A stretch of DNA of 64,000 bases from a virus: IMG/VR virus record IMGVR_UViG_3300037510_000343; one strand, given 5' to 3'. Each line of letters starts with the position of its first letter. The stretch's first letter is position 1. The notes beneath the pieces were generated by a model. That model worked only from the letters and a program-made list of their open reading frames with translations. It searched no databases and was not told the DNA's origin. Shown here piece after piece: positions 62,963 to 64,000 of the stretch. Position numbers and translations under genes: made by a program.

Positions 62963-63779
62963 ATGGGAATTATTAACAGATCGCAGTCAGTATCCGATCA
63001 CAAGAACAACCGCAATAACAAGGCAGATGTTATCAAGCACATCGTGCCTCAGTTACGAGCTGCCCGTGCAGAACACCAACGCTTACTAGACGCCCACACA
63101 CGTATCTGTGCTGAGCTAGACGGAGACTCGGGGTCTATACGCCAGCGTGAGTATAACTCTGAACAGAAAGTCAAGGCACTCGAAAACGAATTACGTGCCG
63201 TGGGACTGAATCCGGCTGACTATTAATTTTGTACAATTTCGATTAAGGCCTGCTGAACAGGTAGGCCTTGTGTTTGTACCTGGGAAAAACTATGTTCGAG
63301 CAACCAATCTGTTATAAATACACTTCTTTGGGTGTACTACATCAAATTACTCCGGCAACTGAAGAAGGAAAGAATTTTTTGTTACGGGAAGGCTGGAGTA
63401 CTTCAAAAGAAGAAGCTATGAGGGTGTATTTGAATGTGCCCGACATAACAAAATGTGATGAAAAGAATAAATGAGTAAGTACAAAGTAGTATTAGTAGAC
63501 GATAGATTTTATCGAGAATCAATCACTTCTTACAGAATTCACGATACAGACACATGGGAAGGCATAGCCATAGTCCGAAATAATAAGGACGCTTATCTTT
63601 TTGTAAATGCGGCTAATTTGATTTCTGAATTAGAGAAGTTAGTAATACACTGGCGAAATATTAGCAGTTATACTGGAGATCCTCAATACGATTCAGGTTG
63701 TGATTCTACTTACGGTATTTGTGCGGATTCACTAGAAGAATTGATACAAGAATATGGAAACACAACAAGTAGTAGATAG
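62963..63779 (+). other. small hypothetical CDSs (62963, 63268, 63471)
   Basis: Co-oriented short ORFs. Confidence 0.55.
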
Positions 63780-64000
63780 CAAATTACAGTTAATTGAATA
63801 CAAAGTAAATAGTAGACAAGTTAATACACCAAGACAACAACTAGAACAACAGTTAGAAAGCAACAATATTAAGCAGTTATTGGAGAAGAAAAATAACCAT
63901 GTTAAGGGATGAATATAATATGTTTTATGTATTTAAACACGACAGTACTAAGTATTATATTACTAAAGTTAAATACAACAGTTTACCTGATGAAACTAAG

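Noticed and set aside
388..63590. GTCCGAAATAA repeats as a CRISPR array
   Set aside because: Copies are about 15 bp, dispersed at kb scale in both orientations and often inside genes; there is no regular repeat-spacer period and no cas operon.
1..64000. tRNA/rRNA genes and HIP1 (GCGATCGC) enrichment
   Set aside because: I recognised no cloverleaf or rRNA-like segments and noticed no HIP1 enrichment by eye; a tRNAscan/Infernal run would be needed to exclude small RNAs.

Overview
A 64-kb segment of a large, AT-rich, tailed dsDNA phage. The host is probably a cyanobacterium, judged from an NblA-like gene and cyanobacterial-type antirepressor and primase families. A short minus-strand packaging block (putative TerS, a membrane/GAF-like protein, TerL) lies back-to-back with a long plus-strand early/middle region. 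That region holds many small orphan ORFs, UvsE, recombination and replication genes (Sak4-like, SSB, exonuclease, primase, helicase, DnaE, RuvC), an RNA ligase, nucleotide metabolism genes (intein-containing class II RNR, PduO-like, MazG, CYTH, ThyA, DHFR) and proteolysis factors (NblA, ClpP-like, ClpS). Two things stand out. (1) A complete-looking phage-encoded ubiquitin-like conjugation operon at 21.4-24.9 kb: two Ubl paralogues ending GTAG, a JAB/JAMM peptidase, an E2-like protein and a ThiF/E1. (2) A ~15-bp motif, GTCCGAAA(T/C)AA(AT/TA)AG, present more than 50 times on both strands, inside genes and as asymmetric inverted pairs after stop codons, behaving like an uptake or organising sequence. 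All assignments come from reading motifs by eye; no database searches were run.
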